From NCBI GenBank assembly GCA_050733215.1, contig JBOHSN010000005.1, forward strand, positions 5,322 to 69,321: DNA of 64,000 nt, given 5' to 3'. The first letter of the stretch is position 1. Each line of letters starts with the position of its first letter. The translations under genes and the position numbers were made by a program. The notes under the pieces are model-generated. The model made no database searches. It was not told the DNA's origin and saw nothing but the letters and a program-made list of their open reading frames with translations. Source of the stretch: Gemmatimonadales bacterium (GTDB lineage: Bacteria; Gemmatimonadota; Gemmatimonadetes; Gemmatimonadales; GWC2-71-9). Shown piece by piece: positions 37,392-47,700 of the stretch.

Positions 37392-38552
37392 CCTGAGCAG
37401 CATTTTCGCGATCGTCTGCAGCTGCATGTTGCTGGTGCCCTCGTAGATCGTGCCGATCTTCGCGTCGCGATAGAACTTCTCCGCCGGATATTCCGTCGAG
37501 TAGCCGTAGCCGCCGAACAGCTCGAGGCACTTCGACGTGGTGCGGTCGGCCACCTGGGAACTCAGCAGCTTGGCCATCGCAGCCTCCCGCGCAAACGGCC
37601 GGCCGGCATCCTTCAACCGCGCGGCGTTGTACACCATGAGCCGCGCCGACTCGAGCTCGGTCGCCATCTGCGCGAGCTGGAACTGCACGCCCTGGAACTC
37701 CGCGATCGCCTTGCCGAACTGCTTGCGCTCCTTCACGTAGGTCGCGGCAGCCTCGAGCGCGCCGGTTCCCACGCCGATCATCTGGGCGCCAATGCCGATC
37801 CGCCCCTCGTTCAGCGTCTCGATCGCGATCCTGTAACCCTGGCCCACCGGTCCCAGCACGTTCTCGTCCGGCACCCGGCACTGCTCCAGGATCAGCTCGA
37901 CCGTGCTGGAAGCCCGGATGCCGAGCTTGCTCTCCCGCTTGCCGATGGAAAAGCCGGGAACGTCGCGCTCCACCAGGAACGCGGTGATGCCCTTGTACCC
38001 CTTCGCGAAATCCGTATTGGCGAAGACGATGAAGAAGCCGGCTTCGGCGCCGTTGGTGATCCAGAACTTCCGGCCGGTGAGCGACCAGCCGCCGTCCGCC
38101 CGCTCTGCCTTCGTTTCGAGGGCGAACGCGTCGCTGCCGCTCGCGGGCTCCGAGAGCGCGAAGGCCCCCAGCAGCTCGGTGGTGAGGCGCGGGAAGAACC
38201 GCGCCTTCTGCTCGTCGGTGCTCCAGCGCCCTACCGCGTTGTTGACCAGCGTGTTGTGCACGTCCACGTAGATGGCCGCCGACGCGTCCACCCGGGCCAG
38301 CTCCTCGATGGCCAGCGTGGCCATGAAGATCGATCCGCCGGCCCCGCCGTACTGCTCCGGCACTCCGATGCCCATGAGGCCGAGCTCGAAGAACTTGGCG
38401 ATGAGGTCGGGCCGGAAGCACCCCGCCTCGTCCATCTCCGTCACGTGCGGGCGGACCTCGGATTCGGCAAACTCGCGGACGGTGGAGCGGAAGAGCTCCT
38501 CTTCCTCGCTCAGCATGCTGAGGGCGGGTGCGGCGCTGGTGACGTCGGTCAT
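37389..38552 (-). CDS. acyl-CoA dehydrogenase (short/branched-chain type)
   Basis: 387-aa ORF. ..FALSEPASGSDAFALETKA..WITNG..IYEGTSNMQLQTIAK. Collinear with the ACAD family throughout. Confidence 0.93.
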   Translation of the reverse strand: MTDVTSAAPALSMLSEEEELFRSTVREFAESEVRPHVTEMDEAGCFRPDLIAKFFELGLMGIGVPEQYGGAGGSIFMATLAIEELARVDASAAIYVDVHNTLVNNAVGRWSTDEQKARFFPRLTTELLGAFALSEPASGSDAFALETKAERADGGWSLTGRKFWITNGAEAGFFIVFANTDFAKGYKGITAFLVERDVPGFSIGKRESKLGIRASSTVELILEQCRVPDENVLGPVGQGYRIAIETLNEGRIGIGAQMIGVGTGALEAAATYVKERKQFGKAIAEFQGVQFQLAQMATELESARLMVYNAARLKDAGRPFAREAAMAKLLSSQVADRTTSKCLELFGGYGYSTEYPAEKFYRDAKIGTIYEGTSNMQLQTIAKMLLR

Positions 38553-38610
38553 CGCTGGCTCGTGGAAGGTGTGCGTCTATGGCAGGAAGATAACTGCCGG
38601 AGGAACGATC

Positions 38611-39288
38611 ATGGCACCGAAGTTCCGGGTCTGGGGAAGGCGCGCCGCGCTGCTGCTGCTGGCCGGCGGGGGCACGCCCCTGGTCGCTCGAGCGCTCAAC
38701 GCACAGATCCAGGCGGCATCAGGGCAGCTCGTGTACGCCGTGTACGAGGGACAGGAGGCCGCCGCGGCCACGTTCGGCGGGCTCAGAGGATCGCTCGCCG
38801 CCGATCGCAACGGGGCATACGCCATCGTGGCGAAAGACTTGAGCGGTCAGATCACGGTGCAGGAACAGGTCGGCGGCACCCTCGGCCGCTCGGTGTTCCT
38901 GAGAGGGTTCACCGCGCTCCTGGGACCCAGCGGCGGGCAGGGGGAGGCCGGTACGAGCGTGGTCGACACCGTGCGCACCGCGCTGGCGCCGGGTAGCTCG
39001 GGTATCTTCGCGCTGGTGGATGCCGGGTGGATGGAGACGCTCAGGACGCTGCTGGAGCCGACCCGCCCAGTCGTGCTGGGCGTCACCGTCGTGGGTTCGA
39101 CCGCGCAAAGGGTTTCGTCTGAGGGTCAGGGCATCCGCGCCAGCCCCCCGGTGCACTCGACGGTTACGGGCTACACGCCCGGAACCGATTACGAGCCGGG
39201 TGTGGGTATCGAGCCTGGCACCGGGTATGCCCCAGGGGCCGGAATCCAGGCGGACACTGCCGACATGCCGAACGACGCCGACCGCTGA
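38611..39288 (+). CDS. hypothetical secreted protein
   Basis: Frame of ORF 38272..39288. ATG 38611 has GGAGGA upstream. Signal-like MAPKFRVWGRRAALLLLAGGG. C-terminal Gly/Pro/Thr/Tyr-rich tail. Weak resemblance to DUF1269-type proteins only. Confidence 0.55.
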   Translation: MAPKFRVWGRRAALLLLAGGGTPLVARALNAQIQAASGQLVYAVYEGQEAAAATFGGLRGSLAADRNGAYAIVAKDLSGQITVQEQVGGTLGRSVFLRGFTALLGPSGGQGEAGTSVVDTVRTALAPGSSGIFALVDAGWMETLRTLLEPTRPVVLGVTVVGSTAQRVSSEGQGIRASPPVHSTVTGYTPGTDYEPGVGIEPGTGYAPGAGIQADTADMPNDADR

Positions 39289-39382
39289 TCGGTGGGGCGC
39301 TCCGCGGCCGGTGCGCTCCGCGTAGCGCTGGCGGGCGGAGGGCTCGCCCGGCAGATTCGGGGCGTCCCCAACCGGCCGCCGC

Positions 39383-41620
39383 GTGCCCCAGACAACGGTC
39401 TCGCTCGCCCACGCTCTTCAGGATCGGTACGAGCTCGGGCGCGAGCTCGGCAGCGGCGGCATGGCCACGGTCTACCTCGCGCGCGACCTCCGGCACGACC
39501 GGCCGGTAGCCATCAAGGTGCTTCGCCCCGAGATCGCCGCGGGGGTCGGGGCGGAGCGGTTCCTCCGCGAAGTCCGCCTGGCGGCGCGGCTGCAGCATCC
39601 CCATATCCTCCCCGTGTTCGATTCCGGCGATGCGGCAGGGCGGCTCTGGTACGCCATGCCATACGTCGAGGGCGAAAGCCTGCGCCACCGGCTCGAGCGC
39701 GAGGGATGCCTGGGGCTCGACGACGCGCTGCGCCTGGCTCGCGAGGTGGCCGACGCGCTCGACTACGCCCACCGCCGCGGGGTCGTCCATCGGGACGTCA
39801 AGCCCGCCAACATTCTGCTCTCCGACGGTCATGCGCTGCTCGCCGACTTCGGTGTGGCCCGCGCCGCCGCCACCGAGCGCGAGTCCCTCACCCAGACCGG
39901 GCTCGCCATCGGCACGGCGGCCTACATGAGCCCGGAGCAGGCGATGGGCGCCGCGGAGCTGGACGGCCGCACCGATGTGTACGCCCTCGGCTGCGTGGTG
40001 TTCGAGATGCTGGCGGGCCACCCTCCGTACCGCGGGCCGAACGCGCAGGCGGTCGTCGCCAGACACATCACCGAGCCGGTGCCCTCGATGCGCTCCGCCA
40101 CCGACGGCGTCCCGGCCTGGGTGGACCGCGTGGTGCAGCGGGCGCTCGCGAAGACGCCCGATGAGCGCTTCTCGACTGCCGGCGATCTCGCGCGGGCGCT
40201 CGTGCCCGGCGCTCCCACCGAAGTCGTCTCCGCCCCGCGGGCGGAGCGCTCCATCGCGGTGCTCCCGTTCGCCAACCTGAGCCCGGATCCGGAGAACGAG
40301 TACTTCGCCGACGGCATGACCGACGAGCTGATCAACGCGCTCGCCAAGGTGCCGGGCCTCCGGGTCGTGTCGCGCACGTCCGCGTTCGCCTTCAAGGGCA
40401 GGCAGCAGGACGTGCGCAGCATCGGCAGCCAGCTCAACGTCGAATGCGTGCTCGAAGGCAGCGTGCGGCGGGCCGGCCGCCGCCTCCGCACCGCCGTCCA
40501 GCTCGTGAACGTGGCCGACGGCTATCAGCTCTGGTCGGAGACCTTCGACCGCGAGATGGAGGACGTGTTCGCCATCCAGGACGAGATTTCCCGCGGGATC
40601 GTGAGCGCCCTCAAGCTCCGCCTGCTGGGCGCGTCGTCGGGGTCGCTGGTCAAGTCCGCCACCGACGACTTCGAGGCGTACACGCTCTATCTCAAGGGAC
40701 GGCTGCTGTGGAACCGGCGGTCCGACGACGCGCTGCGCCACGGGCTGGCGTACTTCGAACAGGCGCTCGAGCGCGATCCGAACTATCCGCTCGCGCATAT
40801 CGGCCTGGCCGACTCTTACGTTCTGCTGGGCTTCTATACGGCGCTCCCGCCGGCGGAGGCATTCCCCCGCGCCAAAGTGGCGGCGGAAACGGCGTTGCGA
40901 CTCGATCCGACGCTCGGAGAAGCGTATCCGACGCTCGCCTACGTGAAGATGTATTACGAATGGGACTGGGCCGGCGCGCAGCGCAACTTTCGCCAGGCCA
41001 TCGAGCGCAACCCGGGCTACGCCACCGCGCACCAGTGGTACGGCAACTGCCTGGCGATCCTCGGCCGGTTCGACGAGTCGCTGGCCTCGTTCCAGCGCGC
41101 CGTCGATCTCGATCCGCTCTCGCCCATCAAGACCGCGGCGCTCGGCTGGGGCTACTACTTCGCGCGGCACTATCCCGAGGCGATCGCCCAGCAGCGGCGG
41201 GCCCTCGAGATCGACGCCGACCTGGCGGTGACCCATCTGTGGTACGGGCTCTCGCTGGAGCAGACCGGTGCGGCGGGCGAGGCGGTCGAACGGTTCAGCG
41301 ACGCGGTGCGGTTGCTCGGACGCGACCCCGTAGGGCTGTCATTTCTCGCCCATGGGCTGGCGCTGGCGGGACGGCGGGCTGAGGCGCAGGAGGTCGTGGA
41401 CGAGCTGCTTGCGATGGCGGAGCGCCGCTACGTCTCGGCGTACGACATCGCGGTGGCATTCACCGGCCTGGGCGCGCACGACGACGCGATCGCGTGGCTG
41501 GAGAAGGGGTACGCCGAGCGGACCCATTGGATGGCGCTGCTGAAGGTGGATCCGCGGCTGGACCCGCTCCGGTCCGATCCGCGCCTCGAGAGCATGCTCG
41601 GCCGGATGGCGTTCCCCTGA
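39383..41620 (+). CDS. Ser/Thr protein kinase with a TolB-N-like middle segment and C-terminal TPR repeats
   Basis: 745-aa ORF with a GTG start. Kinase motifs GSGGMATVYLARD, AIKVL, HRDVKPANILL, DFGVA, SPEQ. Then IAVLPFANLSPDPENEYFADGMTDELINAL and a TPR array. Confidence 0.92.
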   Translation: MPQTTVSLAHALQDRYELGRELGSGGMATVYLARDLRHDRPVAIKVLRPEIAAGVGAERFLREVRLAARLQHPHILPVFDSGDAAGRLWYAMPYVEGESLRHRLEREGCLGLDDALRLAREVADALDYAHRRGVVHRDVKPANILLSDGHALLADFGVARAAATERESLTQTGLAIGTAAYMSPEQAMGAAELDGRTDVYALGCVVFEMLAGHPPYRGPNAQAVVARHITEPVPSMRSATDGVPAWVDRVVQRALAKTPDERFSTAGDLARALVPGAPTEVVSAPRAERSIAVLPFANLSPDPENEYFADGMTDELINALAKVPGLRVVSRTSAFAFKGRQQDVRSIGSQLNVECVLEGSVRRAGRRLRTAVQLVNVADGYQLWSETFDREMEDVFAIQDEISRGIVSALKLRLLGASSGSLVKSATDDFEAYTLYLKGRLLWNRRSDDALRHGLAYFEQALERDPNYPLAHIGLADSYVLLGFYTALPPAEAFPRAKVAAETALRLDPTLGEAYPTLAYVKMYYEWDWAGAQRNFRQAIERNPGYATAHQWYGNCLAILGRFDESLASFQRAVDLDPLSPIKTAALGWGYYFARHYPEAIAQQRRALEIDADLAVTHLWYGLSLEQTGAAGEAVERFSDAVRLLGRDPVGLSFLAHGLALAGRRAEAQEVVDELLAMAERRYVSAYDIAVAFTGLGAHDDAIAWLEKGYAERTHWMALLKVDPRLDPLRSDPRLESMLGRMAFP

Positions 41621-41880
41621 ATGCCCCCGGAGCTGGTCCGTCTCCTTGCCGCGGATCCCGCGGGCCACGAGGCCTGGTCGGCGTTTCTCGGGGCGTTCAG
41701 TGAACCGATGCTGCGCGTCGCGCGGTCGCTGGGCGGCGATCACGACGCGGCGATGGGCCGCTACGGGTACGTGCTCGATCAGCTCCGGCAGGACGGCTGC
41801 CGGCGGCTCCGCGCGTACGATCGTCCGGCCGCGGGCGCGGCCGGCGAGGCGACCGAGCGGTTCAGGGAGGGGCGCGCCGG
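41621..41880 (+). pseudogene. possible truncated remnant of a sigma-70-like gene
   Basis: ATG follows the kinase TGA directly. MPPELVRLLAADPAGHEAWSAFLGAFSEPMLRVARSLGGDHDAAMGRYGYVLDQLRQDGCRRLRAYD has good GC3 codon usage and looks like the N-terminus of kinase-associated sigma-like proteins. After about 41830 the codon quality decays, and the frame has no stop until 42421, deep inside the next gene. The end coordinate is approximate. Confidence 0.3.
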
Positions 41881-41940
41881 CTTGGCCCGGGAAGCGGGAT
41901 TCTCCGGCCCGGCTTCGAGAGGCTGTTACGTTTCGGCCTC

Positions 41941-42819
41941 ATGCAGCCGATATCGGCGGCCCCCTCGCCGCCCGTCACGTCCGTGCTCCGCCGCCTGCGC
42001 GAAGACAGCCCCCTCCTCGCGGTCGAGCTCCGGCCCCCGCGCACCGGCCTCTCGTACGCCGAGAGCCTGGACGCCTGGATCGACGCCTACCACTCGATTC
42101 GGCGCCTCGCGCGGCACGACACGCTCATCTTCCTCACCGACAATGCCGTGGGCCAGTCGGAAGAGGAGAATCTCGCGCACCTCACCGCGAACCTCGCCGG
42201 CGAGCTCCCCACGGCCAAGGTGGTGCCGTTCCTCACCTGCAAGCACCCGCTCGACTACCTCCGCCTCTACGCGCTCCGGGCCGCCTCGCACGGCTTCGAG
42301 GCGGTCGCCGTGGTGGGCGGCGACCAGTCGGCCGGCCCGCCCCGCTGCGTCCCGCACGCCTACCAGCTCCGCCAGCGTGTGCGTGGCTGGGCTCCGTCGC
42401 TCAACCTCGGCGGCTGGGTGAATCCCCATCGCGACCCCGCCCGCCAGGTGGATTTCCTTCTGAATCCGGAGTTCGCCGGCGAGTTCTATCTCACGCAGAT
42501 CGTGTCGCACCACTCGGTCGCCGAGGTCGAGCGGTTCCTCGTGGAAGCGACACGTCGCGGCGTGACGTATCCCGGTGTGTTCGGCGTCTTCCTTTATCGG
42601 AGTGCGAATCCGCGCACGCTCGGGCAGCTCGGCGACTTCTTCCCGGTGCCGGCCGAAGGAGTGGCGCGCGACTTCGCCTCGGGACTCTCGCCCGAGGAGG
42701 TTTGCGCGCGATCGATCCGCGCGCTACGCGAGGTGGGCGTGGATAAGGTCTACGTGAGCAATCTGGGTTTCGAGGGGGCAGACGCCCGCTACCGGCGCAT
42801 CCTCGAGCTGATCACCTGA
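41941..42819 (+). CDS. methylenetetrahydrofolate reductase-like protein (MetF family, divergent)
   Basis: 292-aa ORF: LAVELRPPRTG..FLTDNAVG..VVPFLTCKH..AVAVVGGD..YLTQIVSHH. The family assignment is moderately confident. Confidence 0.7.
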   Translation: MQPISAAPSPPVTSVLRRLREDSPLLAVELRPPRTGLSYAESLDAWIDAYHSIRRLARHDTLIFLTDNAVGQSEEENLAHLTANLAGELPTAKVVPFLTCKHPLDYLRLYALRAASHGFEAVAVVGGDQSAGPPRCVPHAYQLRQRVRGWAPSLNLGGWVNPHRDPARQVDFLLNPEFAGEFYLTQIVSHHSVAEVERFLVEATRRGVTYPGVFGVFLYRSANPRTLGQLGDFFPVPAEGVARDFASGLSPEEVCARSIRALREVGVDKVYVSNLGFEGADARYRRILELIT

Positions 42820-44680
42820 TCGCGGAGGCGCGATGGGTCGGCGAGAGCCCCTCGAGCACCGCGAGGGCGACGGACACCTGACCGGACGGCGCGCTCACCT
42901 GCACTCCCTGCACCAGTCCCCGCACCGCGTCGAACATCTCTTGTGCGATGCGCACGCCTTCAGCGCGTGCAGCCTCCGGCCCGCGGCCGTCCGCCTGCCG
43001 CATCCGTTCGATCACGGCCGAAGGCACCGTGATGCCCGGCACTTCGTTGGCCAGGAACTCCGCGTTTCTCAGTGACGTCAGGGGCCAGATGCCCGCGATG
43101 ACGGGAATGGACGGCCGCGCGCGCTCCAGCACCCGGGCGAGCTGCTCGGGATCGAAGACCGGCTGGGTGGTCGCGAACTCTGCACCCGCGTCGAGCTTCC
43201 AGGCGAAGCGCTCCAGCTCGCGCTCCAAGTCCACAGCGCCTTGGTTTAGGGCCACCCCGATCACGAATCGGGTGGGCTGGTCCAGCGGGTTGCCGCCCGG
43301 GTCGAGCCCGCGGTTGAGCCGGTGCACCACGTTGGTGAGGCCGATGCTGTCGATGTCGAACACCGCGGTTGCATCGGGGTAGGGGCCCGCCGTCGGCGGA
43401 TCGCCGGTCACGATCAGGACATTCCGCAGCCCTCCCGCTGCGGCACCCAGGAGGTCGCTGAGCATGCCAAGCATGTTGCGGTCGCGGCAGGTGTAGTGGA
43501 AGATCGTCTCGATGCCGACCTCCCGCTCGATGATGAGAGCCGCGGGGAGCACCCCCATGCGACTCTGCGCCCGCGGGCCATCGAGCACGTTCACCGCGTC
43601 GATTCCCGCCACCTTCAGCGCGCGGCATTGCTCGAGCATCTCGGCCGGGTTCCAGCCGCGCGGCGGAACGACCTCGACGCACCTGACGAGTTCCCCGGCC
43701 GCGAGTCGTCCCCCCCAACGGGAACGCTTCGCGAGCGGGACGGGATCGCGTCCGACGTCAGTGGTGGATAGGGGAGCGTGGCGGTCGACAACGGTGATCC
43801 GGTGCGGGGCCGCGTCGGCCACGCATTCGCGAATCCGTCGGACATGCTCCGGCGTCGTGCCGCAGCATCCGCCGATGAAGCGCACCCCGGCCTGGATGAG
43901 CCGCCGCGCGTACTGCGCCATGTACTCGGGACTCGCGAGATAGATGCGCCGGTCCCCCACCGCGCGCGGCAGCCCCGCGTTCGGCTGGGCCGACAGGGGC
44001 CGGGTGGTCGTTGCCGCCATGCGCTCGATTGCGTCCAGCATCGGCGCGGGGCCAACCGAGCAGTTGAGCCCGATGACGTCAGTGGGCCATTCGGTGAGCC
44101 GCTGGGCCACGATTTCGACGGCCGTCCCGTACGAGGTAATGCCGTCCTCGCCCACCGTCATCTGCGCCAGGACCGGGAGATCGCTCAGGGCGCGCACCGC
44201 GCTGAGGGCTGCGTGCAGCTCGTCGAGGTCGCTGAAGGTCTCGAGCAGGAAGCCGTCGACCCCACCCTCGAGGAGGCCGGTGGCCTGACGCTTGAAATGG
44301 TCGACCGCTTCGTCGGTGGCGGTCGGGCCCCACGGCTCGATCCGGATGCCGAGCGGACCGATCGCTCCCACGATCAGCGCGCGCCCACGCGCCGCCCGCT
44401 TCGCGAGCCCCGCGGCGGCGCGATTGATCTCCTCGGTGCGCTCCTCGAGGCCGTAGGCGGAGAGCTTCACCGGGTTGGCACCGAAAGTGTTCGTTTCCAG
44501 GATCTCGGCGCCGGCGCGGACGTAGGCCTCGTGCACCTCCTGCACCAGGCCGGGCTGCTTCAGGTTGAGCTCGTCGTAGCAGACGTTCACGAATACGCCG
44601 CGGCCGTACAGCACGGTGCCCATGGCGCCGTCGAACACATGCACCCGGCCGTCGTTCAGGAGATCGCGGAAAGTCGGCAT
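42812..44680 (-). CDS. bifunctional homocysteine S-methyltransferase / methylenetetrahydrofolate reductase (YitJ-like fusion)
   Basis: ORF 42812..44704; start set at ATG 44680 (MPTFRDLLNDGRVHVFDGAMGT). HMT domain ending [15 protein letters not shown]-terminal MTHFR domain VEVVPPRG..FHYTCRDRN..VLIVTGDPP. Confidence 0.88.
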   Translation of the reverse strand: MPTFRDLLNDGRVHVFDGAMGTVLYGRGVFVNVCYDELNLKQPGLVQEVHEAYVRAGAEILETNTFGANPVKLSAYGLEERTEEINRAAAGLAKRAARGRALIVGAIGPLGIRIEPWGPTATDEAVDHFKRQATGLLEGGVDGFLLETFSDLDELHAALSAVRALSDLPVLAQMTVGEDGITSYGTAVEIVAQRLTEWPTDVIGLNCSVGPAPMLDAIERMAATTTRPLSAQPNAGLPRAVGDRRIYLASPEYMAQYARRLIQAGVRFIGGCCGTTPEHVRRIRECVADAAPHRITVVDRHAPLSTTDVGRDPVPLAKRSRWGGRLAAGELVRCVEVVPPRGWNPAEMLEQCRALKVAGIDAVNVLDGPRAQSRMGVLPAALIIEREVGIETIFHYTCRDRNMLGMLSDLLGAAAGGLRNVLIVTGDPPTAGPYPDATAVFDIDSIGLTNVVHRLNRGLDPGGNPLDQPTRFVIGVALNQGAVDLERELERFAWKLDAGAEFATTQPVFDPEQLARVLERARPSIPVIAGIWPLTSLRNAEFLANEVPGITVPSAVIERMRQADGRGPEAARAEGVRIAQEMFDAVRGLVQGVQVSAPSGQVSVALAVLEGLSPTHRASAIR

Positions 44681-44710
44681 CGCCGTCCCCGGCCATGAGA
44701 CCACATCACA

Positions 44711-44744
44711 TTGCGGTTCGCTGCGTCGCTGCGTCTCTGCGGTT
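44711..44744. repeat. short octamer array (TTGCGGTT CG CTGCGTCG CTGCGTCT CTGCGGTT) in the metH/HMT-MTHFR spacer
   Basis: Read directly from 44711-44744. Small and imperfect. Confidence 0.6.
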
Positions 44745-44771
44745 CAGCAGTTGTTTCGTAGCACATGAACG

Positions 44772-47700
44772 TCACCGCTCGTATGCGAGATTGGGAGCCA
44801 GCCACCGCTCGACGGCCGCCACGTCCATGCCCTTCCGGCGGGCATAATCCTCCACCTGATCCCGTCCGATCTTGCCCACGCCGAAGTAGCGCGCCTCGGG
44901 CCGCCAGAAGTACCACCCGCTCACCGAGGCCGTCGGCAGCATCGCGAAGCTCTCGGTGAGTTTCATGCCTGCCCCATTCTCGGCGCCGAGCAGATCGAAG
45001 AGCGTGCGCTTCTCGGTGTGATCCGGACACGCGGGGTACCCGGGGGCCGGCCGGATGCCCTGGTACGCTTCCTTGATCAGCGCCTCGTTCGCCAGCGACT
45101 CGTCACGCGCGTAGCCCCAGAGCTCGGTGCGCACCCGCTCGTGCAGCCGCTCGGCCAGCGCCTCGGCCAGCCGGTCCGCGAGCGCCTTCGCGAGGATCGC
45201 CGAGTAGTCGTCGTGCGCGGCCTCGTAGCGCGCGACGAGCACGTCCAGCCCGTGACCCGCGGTCACCGCAAAGGCGCCGACGTAGTCGGCGCCGCCGCCG
45301 TCGCGCGGCGCCACGTAGTCGGCGAGCGCGAGATTCGGCCGGCCGGCGCTCTTGGAGAGCTGCTGCCGAAGGGTGTACGCCACCGCGCGCACGTCGCGCC
45401 GGCTCTCGTCGGCGTAGAGCTCGATGTCGTCGCCGACCGCGTTGGCCGGGAAGAAGCCGACCGCGGCGCGGGCCTCGAGGCGCTCTCCCGAGACGATCTC
45501 GTCCAGCATCCGCTCCGCGTCCGCGAACAGGTTCCGCGCCGCCGCGCCGACCGTGGGGTCGTCGAGGATCGCGGGGTACCGGCCCGCGAGCTCCCAGGCC
45601 TGGAAGAACGGCGTCCAGTCGATGTACTGGACCAACTCGGCGAGCGGATACGGCGCAATGGTCCGGACGCCGAGGAAGCAGGGCCGCGGGGCAGGCGTCG
45701 TCGTGTCGACGACCAGCCGGTTGGTCCGTGCCTCTGTGATCGTCGGCCGTTCCCGCCCGCTGTCCCCCGCTGCCGCCCGCTGCTCCCTTATGGTCCGGTA
45801 CTGGTCGCGCACGCCGCGCACGAACTCCTCGTGCTGAGTGTCGCTCAGCAGACTGCTGGCCACTCCCACCGCGCGCGACGCGTCCAGCACGTGCACCGTC
45901 GGGCCGTGGTAGCGCGGCTCGATCTTCACCGCGGTGTGCATCCGCGAGGTCGTGGCGCCCCCGATGAGAAGCGGCACGCGGAACCCCTCGCGCTCGAGCT
46001 CGCCCGCCGTGAACGACATCTCCTCGAGTGAGGGCGTGATGAGCCCGGAGAGCCCGATGATGTCCACCTGCTCCGCGCGCGCCGTCTCGATGATCTTCGC
46101 CGCCGACACCATCACGCCCAGATCGATCACCTGATAGTTGTTGCACTGCAACACGACGCCCACGATGTTCTTGCCGATGTCGTGCACGTCCCCCTTCACG
46201 GTGGCCAGCAGCACTTTGCCCTTGGCGCGGGCGTCGTTCGCCGCCTGCTTCTCCGCCTCGATGTACGGGATCAGGTGCGCGACCGCCTTCTTCATGACGC
46301 GCGCGCTCTTCACCACCTGGGGCAGGAACATCTTCCCCGACCCGAACAGGTCGCCCACGACGTTCATCCCGTCCATGAGCGGCCCCTCGATGACCTGGAT
46401 GGGCCGGTCGAACAGACGCCGGGCTTCCTCGGTGTCCTCGACGATGTAGTCGGCGATGCCCTCGACCAGCGCGTGCGTGAGCCGCTCGCGCACCGGTGCC
46501 TGGCGCCATTCGAGGTGCTCCCGCCCTCTCTCGCCCTCTCCCGCCCTCTCTCGCCCGACGCGCTCGGCAATCTCCAGCAAGCGCTCGGTAGCATCCGCGC
46601 GTCGATTAAGCACCACGTCCTCGACCCGCTCGAGCAGATCGCGGGGAATGTCCTCGTAGATGGTCAGCTGGCCCGCGTTTACGATCCCCATGTCCATGCC
46701 CGCGCGGATCGCGTGGTAGAGAAACACGGAGTGGATTGCCTCGCGCACGACCTCGTTGCCGCGGAACGAGAACGACACGTTGCTCACGCCACCGCTCACC
46801 ATTGCGTGCGGCAGGGTCGCCTTGATCCGCCGCGTGGCCTCGATGTAGTCCACACCATACGCGGCGTGCTCCTCGATACCCGTCGCGATCGCGAAGATGT
46901 TCGGGTCGAGGATGATGTCCTCGGGCGGGAATCCTGCCTGCTCGGTGAGGATCCGGTACGCCCGCGCGGCGATCTCGACCTTGCGGTCGGCGGTGTCGGC
47001 CTGACCCCGCTCGTCGAACGCCATCACCACCGCGGCCGCGCCGTAGCGGCGCACCAGGCGGGCGTGCTCGAGGAACGGCGCCTCGCCCTCCTTCAGGCTG
47101 ATGGAATTGACGACGCACCTGCCTTGAACGCACTTGAGCCCGGCCTCGATCACCGACCACTTGGACGAGTCGATCATCACCGGCACGCGGCTGATATCCG
47201 GCTCCGCGGCGATGAGCCGGAGGAACGTGGTCATCGCGCGCTCGGAGTCGAGCATCCCCTCGTCCATGTTGACGTCGATGATCTGAGCCCCGTTCTCCAC
47301 TTGCTGGCGCGCGACGTCGAGCGCGGCCTCGTAGCTGCCGTCGAGGATCAGCTTGGCGAACTTGCGCGACCCCGTGACGTTGGTGCGCTCGCCGATATTG
47401 ACGAAGTTCGTTTGCGGTCCGATGACGAGCGGCTCGAGGCCCGACAGCCTGAGGCGGACGGGTGGGGTGGCCGGCCGGCGGGCGGGCAGCCCCTTCACCG
47501 CGTCCGCCATTGCCCGAATGTGCTCGGGCGTCGTGCCGCAACATCCACCCACCACATTCACGATGCCCAGCTCCGCGAACTCCCGAATGACCACGGCCAT
47601 CTGCTCGGCGGTCTCGTCGTAGCCCCCGAACGCGTTCGGCAGCCCCGCGTTCGGGTACGCCGTGATGAACACCGGCGCCACGCGCGAGAGCTCCTGCACG

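Noticed and set aside
39164-41236. 690-aa ORF antisense to the Ser/Thr kinase. Similar long antisense ORFs exist at 54224..56242 (cheA), 56702..58285 (MCP), 58045..59985 (HEAT) and 29435..32071 (S8 genes).
   Set aside because: All mirror strongly supported sense genes. They lack stop codons only because of GC3 bias on the coding strand.
41621-42421. Full-length 266-aa ORF following the kinase gene
   Set aside because: Only the first 70 or so codons look coding. The rest overlaps the well-coded MetF-like gene by 480 nt in another frame. It is kept only as a possible truncated remnant.
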